Below are positions 37,752 to 45,833 of a stretch of DNA of 64,000 nucleotides, in pieces. The position numbers and the translations under genes were made by a program. Origin of the DNA: Elusimicrobia bacterium GWA2_56_46 (GTDB taxonomy: Bacteria > Elusimicrobiota > Elusimicrobia > Elusimicrobiales > UBA9959); the NCBI GenBank assembly GCA_001799575.1, contig MGTT01000018.1, positions 13,404 to 77,403 on the forward strand. The letters run 5' to 3'. Each line of letters starts with the position of its first letter. Within the stretch, counting starts at the first letter, position 1. Under the pieces are notes generated by a model that had not been told where the DNA came from, did no database searches, and saw only the letters and a program-made list of their open reading frames with translations.

Positions 37752-38818
37752 AAAGTCAGCCGGTTACGCGCGGCATAAATGGCCTCATGCAATTTTTTTT
37801 CAAGCACACTTCGCGGCGGCAGCTCCGTCATATATTCGGCCACCCGGATGCCGCTTTTACCGAGCTGCAAAAGCTCTATCTCCTCGTGCGCGCCGCCGGC
37901 GCAGAGGATGAGGCCTATGGGCGTATTTTCACCCGGCTGTTTCTCATACTTTTCCAGCCAGCGCAGATAAAGCTCCATCTGGCCTTTGTATTCAGGTTTG
38001 AATTTATCAAGTTTCAACTCAATCGCCACCAGCCGTTTAAGTTTGCGATGAAAAAAGAGCAGATCGACATAATAGTCGTTGCTCCCCAATTGAATTCTTT
38101 TTTGACGGGCCACAAAGGTGAATCCTACGCCCAGCTCCAGAATAAACGCCTCCATCTCCCTGAGGATAGCCTCTTCCACATCTTTCTCTTGATAAGCTCC
38201 TTTGAGCCCCAGAAAATCAAGAAAATACGGATCCCTGAAAACAAGATCGGGCGTCAGCTTATCCTCATCGCGTAATTTCGCAAGCTCCAGTTGCGCAAGT
38301 TGGGCCGGTTTTCTGGACAATGCGGTTCTTTCAAACAACATACCGCTTATTTTCTTTTCCAACGTGCGGGTATTCCAGCCCTCAATGCGGCACATCTCCG
38401 CATAAAATTCCCGTTTAAGCGGGTTTTCAATATAAATGAGTCTTTTAAAATGGGTCCAGGTTAATTGTCTCCGCAGCGCGGAGACAATCTTTTCGTCCGG
38501 GAACGCTTCCGCGAAGCAAATCATGTGGCGCAGGCTTTTTTCCGAAAATCCCTCCCCATATTCCGCCGACAATTGTCTCCCCGCCGCGGAGACAATCTGT
38601 CCGCCGTATTCGGCGCGTTTGCCGCCCAAAACATCCAGACTTACACGTCTACCGATGTTCCAATAAAGGGAAACCATGCCGGCATTAACGACATGCGCCA
38701 CATATCCACGGGATGCCTCAATAATGGTCTTAACATCCCCTATCAGTTTAAGCACAATCCGCTCTTGCCGGGGATTTGAAGAATTGGGCAAAAGCGCCTT
38801 GCTACGAGACAGTTTCAT
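37748..38818 (-). CDS. YhcG-like PDDEXK nuclease (DUF1016) inserted between hsdM and hsdS
   Basis: Contains SLYWNIGRRV..., QLTWTHF, and a PD-(D/E)xK core YYVDLLFFHRKLKRLVAIELK. The start at 38818 lies 1 nt after the hsdM stop. Confidence 0.8.
   Translation of the reverse strand: MKLSRSKALLPNSSNPRQERIVLKLIGDVKTIIEASRGYVAHVVNAGMVSLYWNIGRRVSLDVLGGKRAEYGGQIVSAAGRQLSAEYGEGFSEKSLRHMICFAEAFPDEKIVSALRRQLTWTHFKRLIYIENPLKREFYAEMCRIEGWNTRTLEKKISGMLFERTALSRKPAQLAQLELAKLRDEDKLTPDLVFRDPYFLDFLGLKGAYQEKDVEEAILREMEAFILELGVGFTFVARQKRIQLGSNDYYVDLLFFHRKLKRLVAIELKLDKFKPEYKGQMELYLRWLEKYEKQPGENTPIGLILCAGGAHEEIELLQLGKSGIRVAEYMTELPPRSVLEKKLHEAIYAARNRLTL
38464..38596. repeat. Two near-identical palindromic 25-nt elements, 108 bp apart, inside the YhcG-like CDS
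   Basis: ATTGTCTCCGC agc GCGGAGACAAT (38464-38488, 11-bp arms) and ATTGTCTCC ccgccgc GGAGACAAT (38572-38596, 9-bp arms). Confidence 0.75.
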
Positions 38819-38819
38819 T

Positions 38820-40676
38820 TTATTTTCCCCCACCCCACCTGTACCCCATTTTTGTGAAGATGCCCTTAAGCTCCTTCTCCGCCTCGATCTGCTCCGCGGT
38901 GATTTTAGCAAGGTCGTTAAGGATAAGCTGTATATCCCTGTGCTCCACGGCCTGGCCGGTTTCTATGAAGCGGGACGGAGAGATATTATAATCATGCTTT
39001 TCGGCTATCTCGGCGCAGGGCATTACCTTAAGGAACTTTTCAACATCGGCCCCGGAATGGAACGCCGTGGCTATTTTCTCCACGACGGAATCCGGCAGAT
39101 AGTTCTTGGGTCTGCCCTTTTCAAAATCTTCGCCGGCGTTTATGAGAATTATTTTTCCTTTCCTATCGGCGGACTTGTGCTTGTTTATTACCAGTATAAG
39201 TCCGGCGGCGGGGGTGTTGTAGAACAGATTATCCGGCAGCATTATCACCGCCTCAATAAGATCCTTATCCACAAACCATTTACGGAGATTTTTCTCCTTA
39301 TTGTTGTCGCCCTGGCTGCCGCTGCCGCGGCTGGCGGCGCCGGTATCCAGCACTATCGCAGCCCGGCCTCTGGGTTTTAGCGAAGCGTGTATGTGCTGCG
39401 CCCACGCCCAGTCGGCGCTTGAGCCCGGCGCATAGCCTCCGCGCGGGGAAAAACGGTCGTATGGATCGTTTTCATAGAAATTAGGGTCTATATTGTCCTG
39501 GTTCCACATGGGGTTTGTTACCACAATATCAAAAGGCTTAAGCCCGCCGGCTTCAAGGAACTTTGGATTGGTCATGGTGTTGCCGCGGACAACCTCGCCT
39601 TCCATGTCGTGGACAACCATGTTCATCCGGGCGATAGCAAAGCTGGAGCCGGTCAATTCCTGCCCGCGCAGTTTGAGCGGTTTTTTAACTTTATCTTTCC
39701 CCTCACGGCGCAGCAGCTCAAGCTCACACTTTACCAGGAGCCCGCCGGAGCCGGAGCAGGGGTCATAAACTTCTTCGCCCTGCTTAGGGACCATAAGCTT
39801 GGCTATAAGCCAGCCAACTTCCTTAGGCGTAAAATATTCCCCGGCGCTCTGCCCCTGATTTTCCGCGAATTTACGCAGAAGATATTCATATGCCCTGCCA
39901 AGAAAGTCCGGCTCCACATCATTTATGCCAAGACGGTATTTAGGATCGCTTAATTTTTCGATAAGCTTGGAAAGAGCTTCGTCGCTGATTTCCCGCTCGC
40001 CGTTATGGGTGGCGTTAAAATCCTCTCTATCAATAACCCCCTGCAACGATTCGTTTTCTTTGGCTATCAGGCGCAGAGCATTGGTTATTCTTTCTCCGAG
40101 CGTTTTCGGAATCTTTGAGGGAGGATATTTAAACTCCTTGCGGCCGCTCAACACGGGCCAGCGGGCTTCCTCCGGGATATAAAAGCGCACCATGCCGTGG
40201 TCGGCTTCGATAATTTCCATGGCGGACATCTCATCGCCGTAGTCCTTCACAAGACGGGCGATTTCGTCTTCAAAAACATCCGAAAGGCGTTTTATGAAAA
40301 GCAGGGGCAGAATATAGTCTTTGAATTTTGGAGCGTCCTTTTCTCCACGGATTGAGCAGGCGGCCTGCCAAAGCATGGATTCCATGTCCTTTATCCCCAT
40401 AAAATCAGCACTACCCTCCGGAGTCTCCGCGGTTAGGCTGCCTGGTTTGCGCTTTTGAGCTTCGACTTCACTAAAATACGCCAAGAGATCCGAATAGTCC
40501 TTACCAAGGGCCTTTATATAATCCCTTACAACAATGGAAATACGCGGGTTTGGGTCGAACCTGCTGTTTTCCCAACGGTTTATTGTCGGGTATGAAAGCT
40601 TAAGCTTTTCGGCAAGTTTTTGTTGGCTTATTCCCGCTCTCTTGCGCAGTTCTTTAATTACCTCTGAAAATTGCAT
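38820..40676 (-). CDS. hsdM: Type I R-M N6-adenine DNA methyltransferase M subunit with N-terminal XRE-type HTH domain
   Basis: 618 aa. Residues 1-60 form an HTH_3 domain (IKELRKRAGISQQKLAEKLKLSYPTINRWENS). Then HsdM_N (LPLLFIKRLSDVF), motif I DPCSGSGG and motif IV VTNPMW. Confidence 0.9.
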   Translation of the reverse strand: MQFSEVIKELRKRAGISQQKLAEKLKLSYPTINRWENSRFDPNPRISIVVRDYIKALGKDYSDLLAYFSEVEAQKRKPGSLTAETPEGSADFMGIKDMESMLWQAACSIRGEKDAPKFKDYILPLLFIKRLSDVFEDEIARLVKDYGDEMSAMEIIEADHGMVRFYIPEEARWPVLSGRKEFKYPPSKIPKTLGERITNALRLIAKENESLQGVIDREDFNATHNGEREISDEALSKLIEKLSDPKYRLGINDVEPDFLGRAYEYLLRKFAENQGQSAGEYFTPKEVGWLIAKLMVPKQGEEVYDPCSGSGGLLVKCELELLRREGKDKVKKPLKLRGQELTGSSFAIARMNMVVHDMEGEVVRGNTMTNPKFLEAGGLKPFDIVVTNPMWNQDNIDPNFYENDPYDRFSPRGGYAPGSSADWAWAQHIHASLKPRGRAAIVLDTGAASRGSGSQGDNNKEKNLRKWFVDKDLIEAVIMLPDNLFYNTPAAGLILVINKHKSADRKGKIILINAGEDFEKGRPKNYLPDSVVEKIATAFHSGADVEKFLKVMPCAEIAEKHDYNISPSRFIETGQAVEHRDIQLILNDLAKITAEQIEAEKELKGIFTKMGYRWGGGK

Positions 40677-40696
40677 ATTTTATACTCCTTTCTGCG

Positions 40697-40734
40697 TATA
40701 TCATATGATATATCACACGATTATAAGTTGTCAA
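40697..40734 (-). promoter_or_regulatory. Candidate hsdM promoter with a perfect 16-bp palindromic operator over the -10
   Basis: On the minus strand: TTGACA (40734-40729), 16 nt, TATATC (40712-40707). The palindrome TATATCATATGATATA occupies 40697-40712, and an AAAGGAG SD precedes the ATG at 40676. Confidence 0.45.
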
Positions 40735-40750
40735 GGGCCCTTTGGATAGC

Positions 40751-40778
40751 ACCCTCTACCCTGAACCCTATACCCTAT
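40751..40778. repeat. Heptamer-periodic array R11
   Basis: ACCCTCT ACCCTGA ACCCTAT ACCCTAT, the complement of the GGGTAGA family. Lies at the right edge of the R-M island. Confidence 0.7.
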
Positions 40779-40904
40779 ATTTCCGCCGTGGCCCGAAAGG
40801 CCTATGACAAAGACGGCAGAAAAACAATGGAATGGGCCGGATGGCCCTTGGTAAGCCCAGCCACATGGGGTAAACTTTGGAAGCGGAGATACCGGTTCCA
40901 ACTC

Positions 40905-41870
40905 ATGAAAAGAATAATCCTTGCAGCGGCGGCATGGCTTCTCTTCCCCGTCGGGATTTATGCCGGGGACGCGTTTAACCAGGCCCCCGAATTTTCCGGG
41001 GACATAAACCAGGTGGTTTCGGCGTGGCGGGAGAAATGCGGAAAAGCCGCCGTTTATTCCAACCCGGACTGCCGCATTCATGAGTGCGACCTGCTGCCGT
41101 CCAACTGCCGCCCGGGCCGCCTGCTGCTTTTCCGCGGAGAACCTAAATTAAACGAACACCCAGCCGTTTCCGGACTCTATCGCGCCGCTTTGAGCGGAAG
41201 CGATTTTTACGCCGCCGGCAAGGATCCCGTGGGTTTGGCCGAAAAATTAAAAAGCGAACTGGAACCGGTCCGCCCCATGAAAGCGGTTCCCAAAAAAGAA
41301 CTGGGTGAAAACGAGAACGAAATAGTCCTTGCCGGAGACGCCGCCAAACACGACTGGTACTGGCGTTACGATAAAGACGGAGAAGAAGACCCGTCTCTCA
41401 AAAGAGCGTTTCCCGGAAAGTACGCAAAAACGAAGCGGGAAGCCTTTTCGTTCATGGAAACCATTTTCTACTTTCACAAGGACGGGCCTTTTTTGAAATA
41501 CAAAGATCCCGGGCTTGGCATTATTTCCATCGATCCGTTCGTTTCTTTCAGCCTGAACGCCGAAGTCGCCATCGGCTTTCCGATCTCCGATCTACAGATG
41601 GAGAGCGCCCTCTCCCACGCACCTATCTCCGGAACCCCCTATCTTATCATCGCTTCGGTTCCCGAATCCGAAATCGTGAGGCAATGCGGCGAGGAGATCC
41701 AGGAGCCAGGCACTATCCTGGATCCGGCCCAAAACTGCCGTGGCTATAACGACTACAATGAACACGAATTATCCGCGTTCGTCTTCACAAAGCCGGAATA
41801 TATTCTAAGCTCAGTGCCGATGCCTAAAGATTTTATAGAAGCCTGGATCAACCGGGGCGCGCTGAAATAA
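40905..41870 (+). CDS. Secreted hypothetical protein (possible R-S-E ADP-ribosyltransferase-like fold)
   Basis: The start at MKRIILAAAAWLLFPVGIYAGDAF is chosen for its signal peptide. Motif-like strings LLLFRG, PFVSFSL and NEHELSAFVF occur in that order. I recognise no family with confidence. Confidence 0.55.
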   Translation: MKRIILAAAAWLLFPVGIYAGDAFNQAPEFSGDINQVVSAWREKCGKAAVYSNPDCRIHECDLLPSNCRPGRLLLFRGEPKLNEHPAVSGLYRAALSGSDFYAAGKDPVGLAEKLKSELEPVRPMKAVPKKELGENENEIVLAGDAAKHDWYWRYDKDGEEDPSLKRAFPGKYAKTKREAFSFMETIFYFHKDGPFLKYKDPGLGIISIDPFVSFSLNAEVAIGFPISDLQMESALSHAPISGTPYLIIASVPESEIVRQCGEEIQEPGTILDPAQNCRGYNDYNEHELSAFVFTKPEYILSSVPMPKDFIEAWINRGALK

Positions 41871-41880
41871 AGCGGCCGCG

Positions 41881-43248
41881 TTATTTTCCGCGCAGCAGTT
41901 TTGCCGCGGCCTTATTGGCTTTTTCAGCCAGCTTAAATTCATCCACGTTAACAAGCCGCCCGTCTTTCACCACAACCCGGCCGTTCACGATGGTGTATTT
42001 AGTCCGATGCGAGGCGCCGCAGAACAGCAGGGAAGCCAGCGGATCGGACTTGGAACCGGCGAAGTCCAGCCCGCTCACGTCGAAGATCGCGATGTCCGCC
42101 GCCTTGCCGGGCTCTATCGAACCGAGATCGGTACGGCCCAGCACTTCGGCGCCTCCGCGCGTGGCCAGTTTGAACGCGTCGCGGGCCGGCATGGCCTCCA
42201 CGCCGGCTTTCACGCGCTGCACCAGCATGGCCTGGCGTATCTCGCCGAGCATATCGGAAGAATCGTTGGAGGCGGAGCCGTCCACCGCCAGGCCCACCGG
42301 CACTTTATGCTTCAGGAACATGCGGACAGGCGCGATACCGGAACCGAGGCGCAGATTTGAACAGGGACAATGCGCCACGCCGGTCTTTGTCCCGCCCAGC
42401 TTCCGGGCTTCTTTCTCATTTAGATGAACGCAGTGGGCGAACCAGGCATTCCCCCCGGAAACCCAGCCCACGGATTCCATATAGTCCAGCGGCCGCATCT
42501 TAAAAAGTTTTTTGCAGAAGTCTTCCTCGTCCAGGGTCTCGGCCAGATGCGTGTGCATCCGCACACCCCACTTGGCGGCCATTTCGGCGGTAAGTTTCAG
42601 CAGTTCGGTGGTCACCGAAAAGGGAGAACAAGGCGCCAGCGCCACCTGCGTCATGGCGAACTTTTTTTTGTCGTGGTATTTATGAACCAGGCGCTCGCAG
42701 TCCTTCATGATGAAGTCTTCGCTCTGCACCACCTCGTCCGGAGGCAGCCCGCCTTTCGACCGCCCGCGCGACATGGAGCCGCGGGTGGGATGAAACCGCA
42801 TCCCTATTTCCCGCGCGGCCTCTATCTGGGTATCTATAAAAAAACCGCTGTTCTTTCTGGGGAAAAGATAAAGATGGTCAGTGCTCGTGGTACAGCCGGT
42901 CAGCAGCAGTTCGCCCAGGCCGGCCTGTGTGCTGACATAAACGGCTTCCGGGGAGAGATGCCGCCAGATCCCGTATAGATAGGTAAGCCAGTCGAAAAGC
43001 TTCGCGTCCTGCACCGCGGGCAAATTGCGGGTCAGGGTCTGGTAAAGATGGTGATGGGTGTTGATAAATCCTGGCAGAACCACGCAGTTTTTGGCGTCGA
43101 TGACGGTGTCGGCCTTGACTTTGAGGCCTTTGCCGATCTTTTTTATTTCCGGGCCCTCGATATAAACGTCGCCGCCCTTTATCTCCCGGCCCTCACCGTC
43201 CATGGTCGCCAGAACCAGCGCGTTTTTGATCAGGATGGTTTTATTCAT
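41881..43248 (-). CDS. Amidohydrolase, 8-oxoguanine deaminase / chlorohydrolase-like
   Basis: 455 aa with PGFINTHHHLYQTLTR metal motif, HTHLAET, and AVDGSASND. Confidence 0.8.
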   Translation of the reverse strand: MNKTILIKNALVLATMDGEGREIKGGDVYIEGPEIKKIGKGLKVKADTVIDAKNCVVLPGFINTHHHLYQTLTRNLPAVQDAKLFDWLTYLYGIWRHLSPEAVYVSTQAGLGELLLTGCTTSTDHLYLFPRKNSGFFIDTQIEAAREIGMRFHPTRGSMSRGRSKGGLPPDEVVQSEDFIMKDCERLVHKYHDKKKFAMTQVALAPCSPFSVTTELLKLTAEMAAKWGVRMHTHLAETLDEEDFCKKLFKMRPLDYMESVGWVSGGNAWFAHCVHLNEKEARKLGGTKTGVAHCPCSNLRLGSGIAPVRMFLKHKVPVGLAVDGSASNDSSDMLGEIRQAMLVQRVKAGVEAMPARDAFKLATRGGAEVLGRTDLGSIEPGKAADIAIFDVSGLDFAGSKSDPLASLLFCGASHRTKYTIVNGRVVVKDGRLVNVDEFKLAEKANKAAAKLLRGK

Positions 43249-43363
43249 AATGACGGATCCTTATTAGGCGGTAATCGGTTACAGTGAAACGGCCACGCCG
43301 CGCGGCGGAACGGAAAGCGCGGCACTGCGATATTATAGTAAAATATTTTGTACGGAGCCCCTT

Positions 43364-45820
43364 ATGAAAAACAAGACGACTTTCCTCAGCGACGCCCAGC
43401 TTAGGGCTGAAATGGACCGCTGCCTTTATTGCGAGGAGAAACCCTGCAAGGCGGCCTGTCCGGCGGACTGCTCCCCGGCCGATTTCATCATGGCGGCGCG
43501 CCTGATGGAGAAATCGGACTACAAACGCGCGGCCAAGCTTATCATGGGGCACAACACTTTCGGCGGCGTCTGCGGGGCCGTCTGCCCCGACTGGTTCTGC
43601 GTCAAGGCCTGCTCCAGAAAACTTTTCGACAACCCCATAAACATACCCGCCGTCCAGGCCGCCATCGTCCAGAAAGCCAAAGAGCTCGGCGTAATGGACG
43701 GCTTTAAAAAAGCGGAACCTAACGGGAAAAAAGCGGCGATCATCGGCGCGGGCCCCGCGGGGCTGGGAGCGGCGGCCGTGCTGGCCCAACTGGGATACAA
43801 AGCCGATATTTTTGAAAAAGAAAAACGGGCCGGCGGCGCCTGCAGCCTTATACCGGACAAACGCCTCCCGAAAGAGATCCTGCGCACCGAGCTGGAATTC
43901 ATCAAAACACTGGGCGACATAAGTATAAAGACCGGGCAGTCCGTCAAAAACCCCGAAGCCCTGCTCAAAAAATATGACGCCGTCATCGTGACCGCGGGCG
44001 TAGCCGCCCAGATAAAGCTCAATATCCCCAATGAGAACCTGGGGGTGGAAGGCCTTGAGTTCCTGGCAAACCGCCGCAAATACTCTCTTAAAGGCAAGAA
44101 TGTCGCCGTGATAGGCGGCGGGGCCGTCGCGGCCGACTGCGCCGCTACGGCGCTGGAAGCCGGCGCCCGCAAAGCCGAGATCTTCACGCGCAAGAATGCC
44201 GGCCAGATCCAGCTGCCGGAAAAAGAGCTCCGCGACCTCATTAAAGCCGGCATTGACATCAATGCCAAGTCCCGCCTCACCGGCATTCTGGCCGAAGGGA
44301 AAAAAGTTAAAGGCATAACCATTACGCGGCTGGACGAAAAGGGAAACGACATCAAAGGTTCCTGCCAGGTGCGTTCGGACATAGATTTCGTCGTCCTTGC
44401 CATAAAAAATCTGCCGGTTTTCAAAGAAAAGAAAATGAGAGGTCTGTTCTACGCCGGCGACGCCAGGAACGGCGCGTCCTCCGTGGTGGAATCCGTGGCC
44501 TCGGCAAAGAACGCGGCCCTCGAAGCGGACGCTTTCATCCGCGGCGTCCAGCCCGCGCCCGCCGCCGACAAGAAAAGCACTATCATACTTAAAGGCAGGG
44601 AGATGCTGCCCGTGGATCTGACCACCGACTTTTTCGGCCGCAAAATACGTTCCCCTTTCATCATCTCGGCCAGCCCCCACTCCGACGGCTACGCCCAGGT
44701 GAAAGCGGCCTACGAGGCCGGCTGGCCCGGCGTGGTAATGAAAACCGCTTTCGACGGACTGGATATTCACATACCTTCAGAGTACATGGTCACGTTCAAT
44801 GAGTCCACCTACGGCAATTCCGATAATGTTTCCGGCCACCCGCTGGACAGGGTCTGCCGCGAAGTGGAGAAGCTGGTCAGGGAATACCCGGATCGGATGA
44901 CGGCGGCCTCCACCGGCGGCCCCGTGACCGGGAATGACGAGGCGGATCGCAGGGTCTGGCAGGCCAATACGCTGAAACTCGAACGCGCCGGAGCGATGGC
45001 CGTGGAATATTCGCTCTCCTGCCCGCAGGGCGGGGACGGCACAAAAGGCGATATAGTATCCCAGGATCCGGAGCTCTCGGCGAAGATAGTCGGCTGGGTG
45101 ATGGAAGTTTCCGATCCCGGAATACCTAAACTCTTCAAGCTGACGGGAGCGGTCACCTCCATCTACCAGGTGGTGGACGCCATCCGCAAGGTTTACGAAA
45201 AATACCCGCATAAGAAAGCCGGCATCACGCTGGCCAACTCTTTCCCGGCGCTCGCTTTCCGCAAGGGCGGAAAGGGCCCCTGGGAGGAGGGAATGATCGT
45301 AGGCATGAGCGGCGAAGGCGTGGCGCCCATCAGCAACCTGACTCTCTCGAAAGCCGCGAAGCTGAACGTTCCGGTCTCCGGGAACGGCGGGCCCATGGAT
45401 TACAAAGCCGCGGCCCATTTCCTGGCCCTTGGCGCGGGCTCCGTGCAGTTCTGCACTATCGTCATGAAATACGGCTTCGGCATTATAAACGAACTGAACT
45501 GGGGCCTAAGCCACCTGCTGGAAGAGAAAGGTCTTGGCTCGGTGAAAGAACTTATCGGCCTCTCGCTCCCGAATCCGGTTACCGGCTTCATGGATCTTTC
45601 TTCCGTGAAAGGTATTCCAGAAGCCGACCCGGATCTCTGCATGCACTGCGGGAACTGCCTCCGCTGCGGCTACCTGGCTATCGCCCTGGACAAAAACAAA
45701 GTCCCGAAAGCGGACGCCTCCAAGTGTATAGGCTGCTCACTTTGCGTTAAAAAATGCTTCGCCGGGGCGCTGCGCATGAGGAAGCGCACCGCGGCCGAAC
45801 AGAAAGTGACGCCGGAATAG
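43364..45820 (+). CDS. Fused dihydropyrimidine-dehydrogenase-like oxidoreductase (GltD-like NAD(P)/FAD module, PreA/DHODH-like TIM barrel, and 2x[4Fe-4S])
   Basis: 818 aa with N-terminal Cys-rich CLYCEEKPCKAACP, IIGAGPAGLGAA, VIGGGAVAADCA, a DHODH-like middle region, and C-terminal CMHCGNCLRC and CIGCSLCVKKC. Confidence 0.8.
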   Translation: MKNKTTFLSDAQLRAEMDRCLYCEEKPCKAACPADCSPADFIMAARLMEKSDYKRAAKLIMGHNTFGGVCGAVCPDWFCVKACSRKLFDNPINIPAVQAAIVQKAKELGVMDGFKKAEPNGKKAAIIGAGPAGLGAAAVLAQLGYKADIFEKEKRAGGACSLIPDKRLPKEILRTELEFIKTLGDISIKTGQSVKNPEALLKKYDAVIVTAGVAAQIKLNIPNENLGVEGLEFLANRRKYSLKGKNVAVIGGGAVAADCAATALEAGARKAEIFTRKNAGQIQLPEKELRDLIKAGIDINAKSRLTGILAEGKKVKGITITRLDEKGNDIKGSCQVRSDIDFVVLAIKNLPVFKEKKMRGLFYAGDARNGASSVVESVASAKNAALEADAFIRGVQPAPAADKKSTIILKGREMLPVDLTTDFFGRKIRSPFIISASPHSDGYAQVKAAYEAGWPGVVMKTAFDGLDIHIPSEYMVTFNESTYGNSDNVSGHPLDRVCREVEKLVREYPDRMTAASTGGPVTGNDEADRRVWQANTLKLERAGAMAVEYSLSCPQGGDGTKGDIVSQDPELSAKIVGWVMEVSDPGIPKLFKLTGAVTSIYQVVDAIRKVYEKYPHKKAGITLANSFPALAFRKGGKGPWEEGMIVGMSGEGVAPISNLTLSKAAKLNVPVSGNGGPMDYKAAAHFLALGAGSVQFCTIVMKYGFGIINELNWGLSHLLEEKGLGSVKELIGLSLPNPVTGFMDLSSVKGIPEADPDLCMHCGNCLRCGYLAIALDKNKVPKADASKCIGCSLCVKKCFAGALRMRKRTAAEQKVTPE

Positions 45821-45833
45821 GGGCCGCAAAACC

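Noticed and set aside
43241-44770. Long antisense ORFs overlapping well-supported genes. Examples: 43241-44770(-), 8296-9408(-), 27381-29144(+), 28783-29985(+), 45975-47027(-), 51638-52666(-), 20340-21341(+), 311-1292(+).
   Set aside because: Their translations are Arg/Gly/Pro/Ala-rich low-complexity strings with no motifs. They lie opposite genes with clear family signatures. These are typical shadow ORFs of GC-rich DNA.
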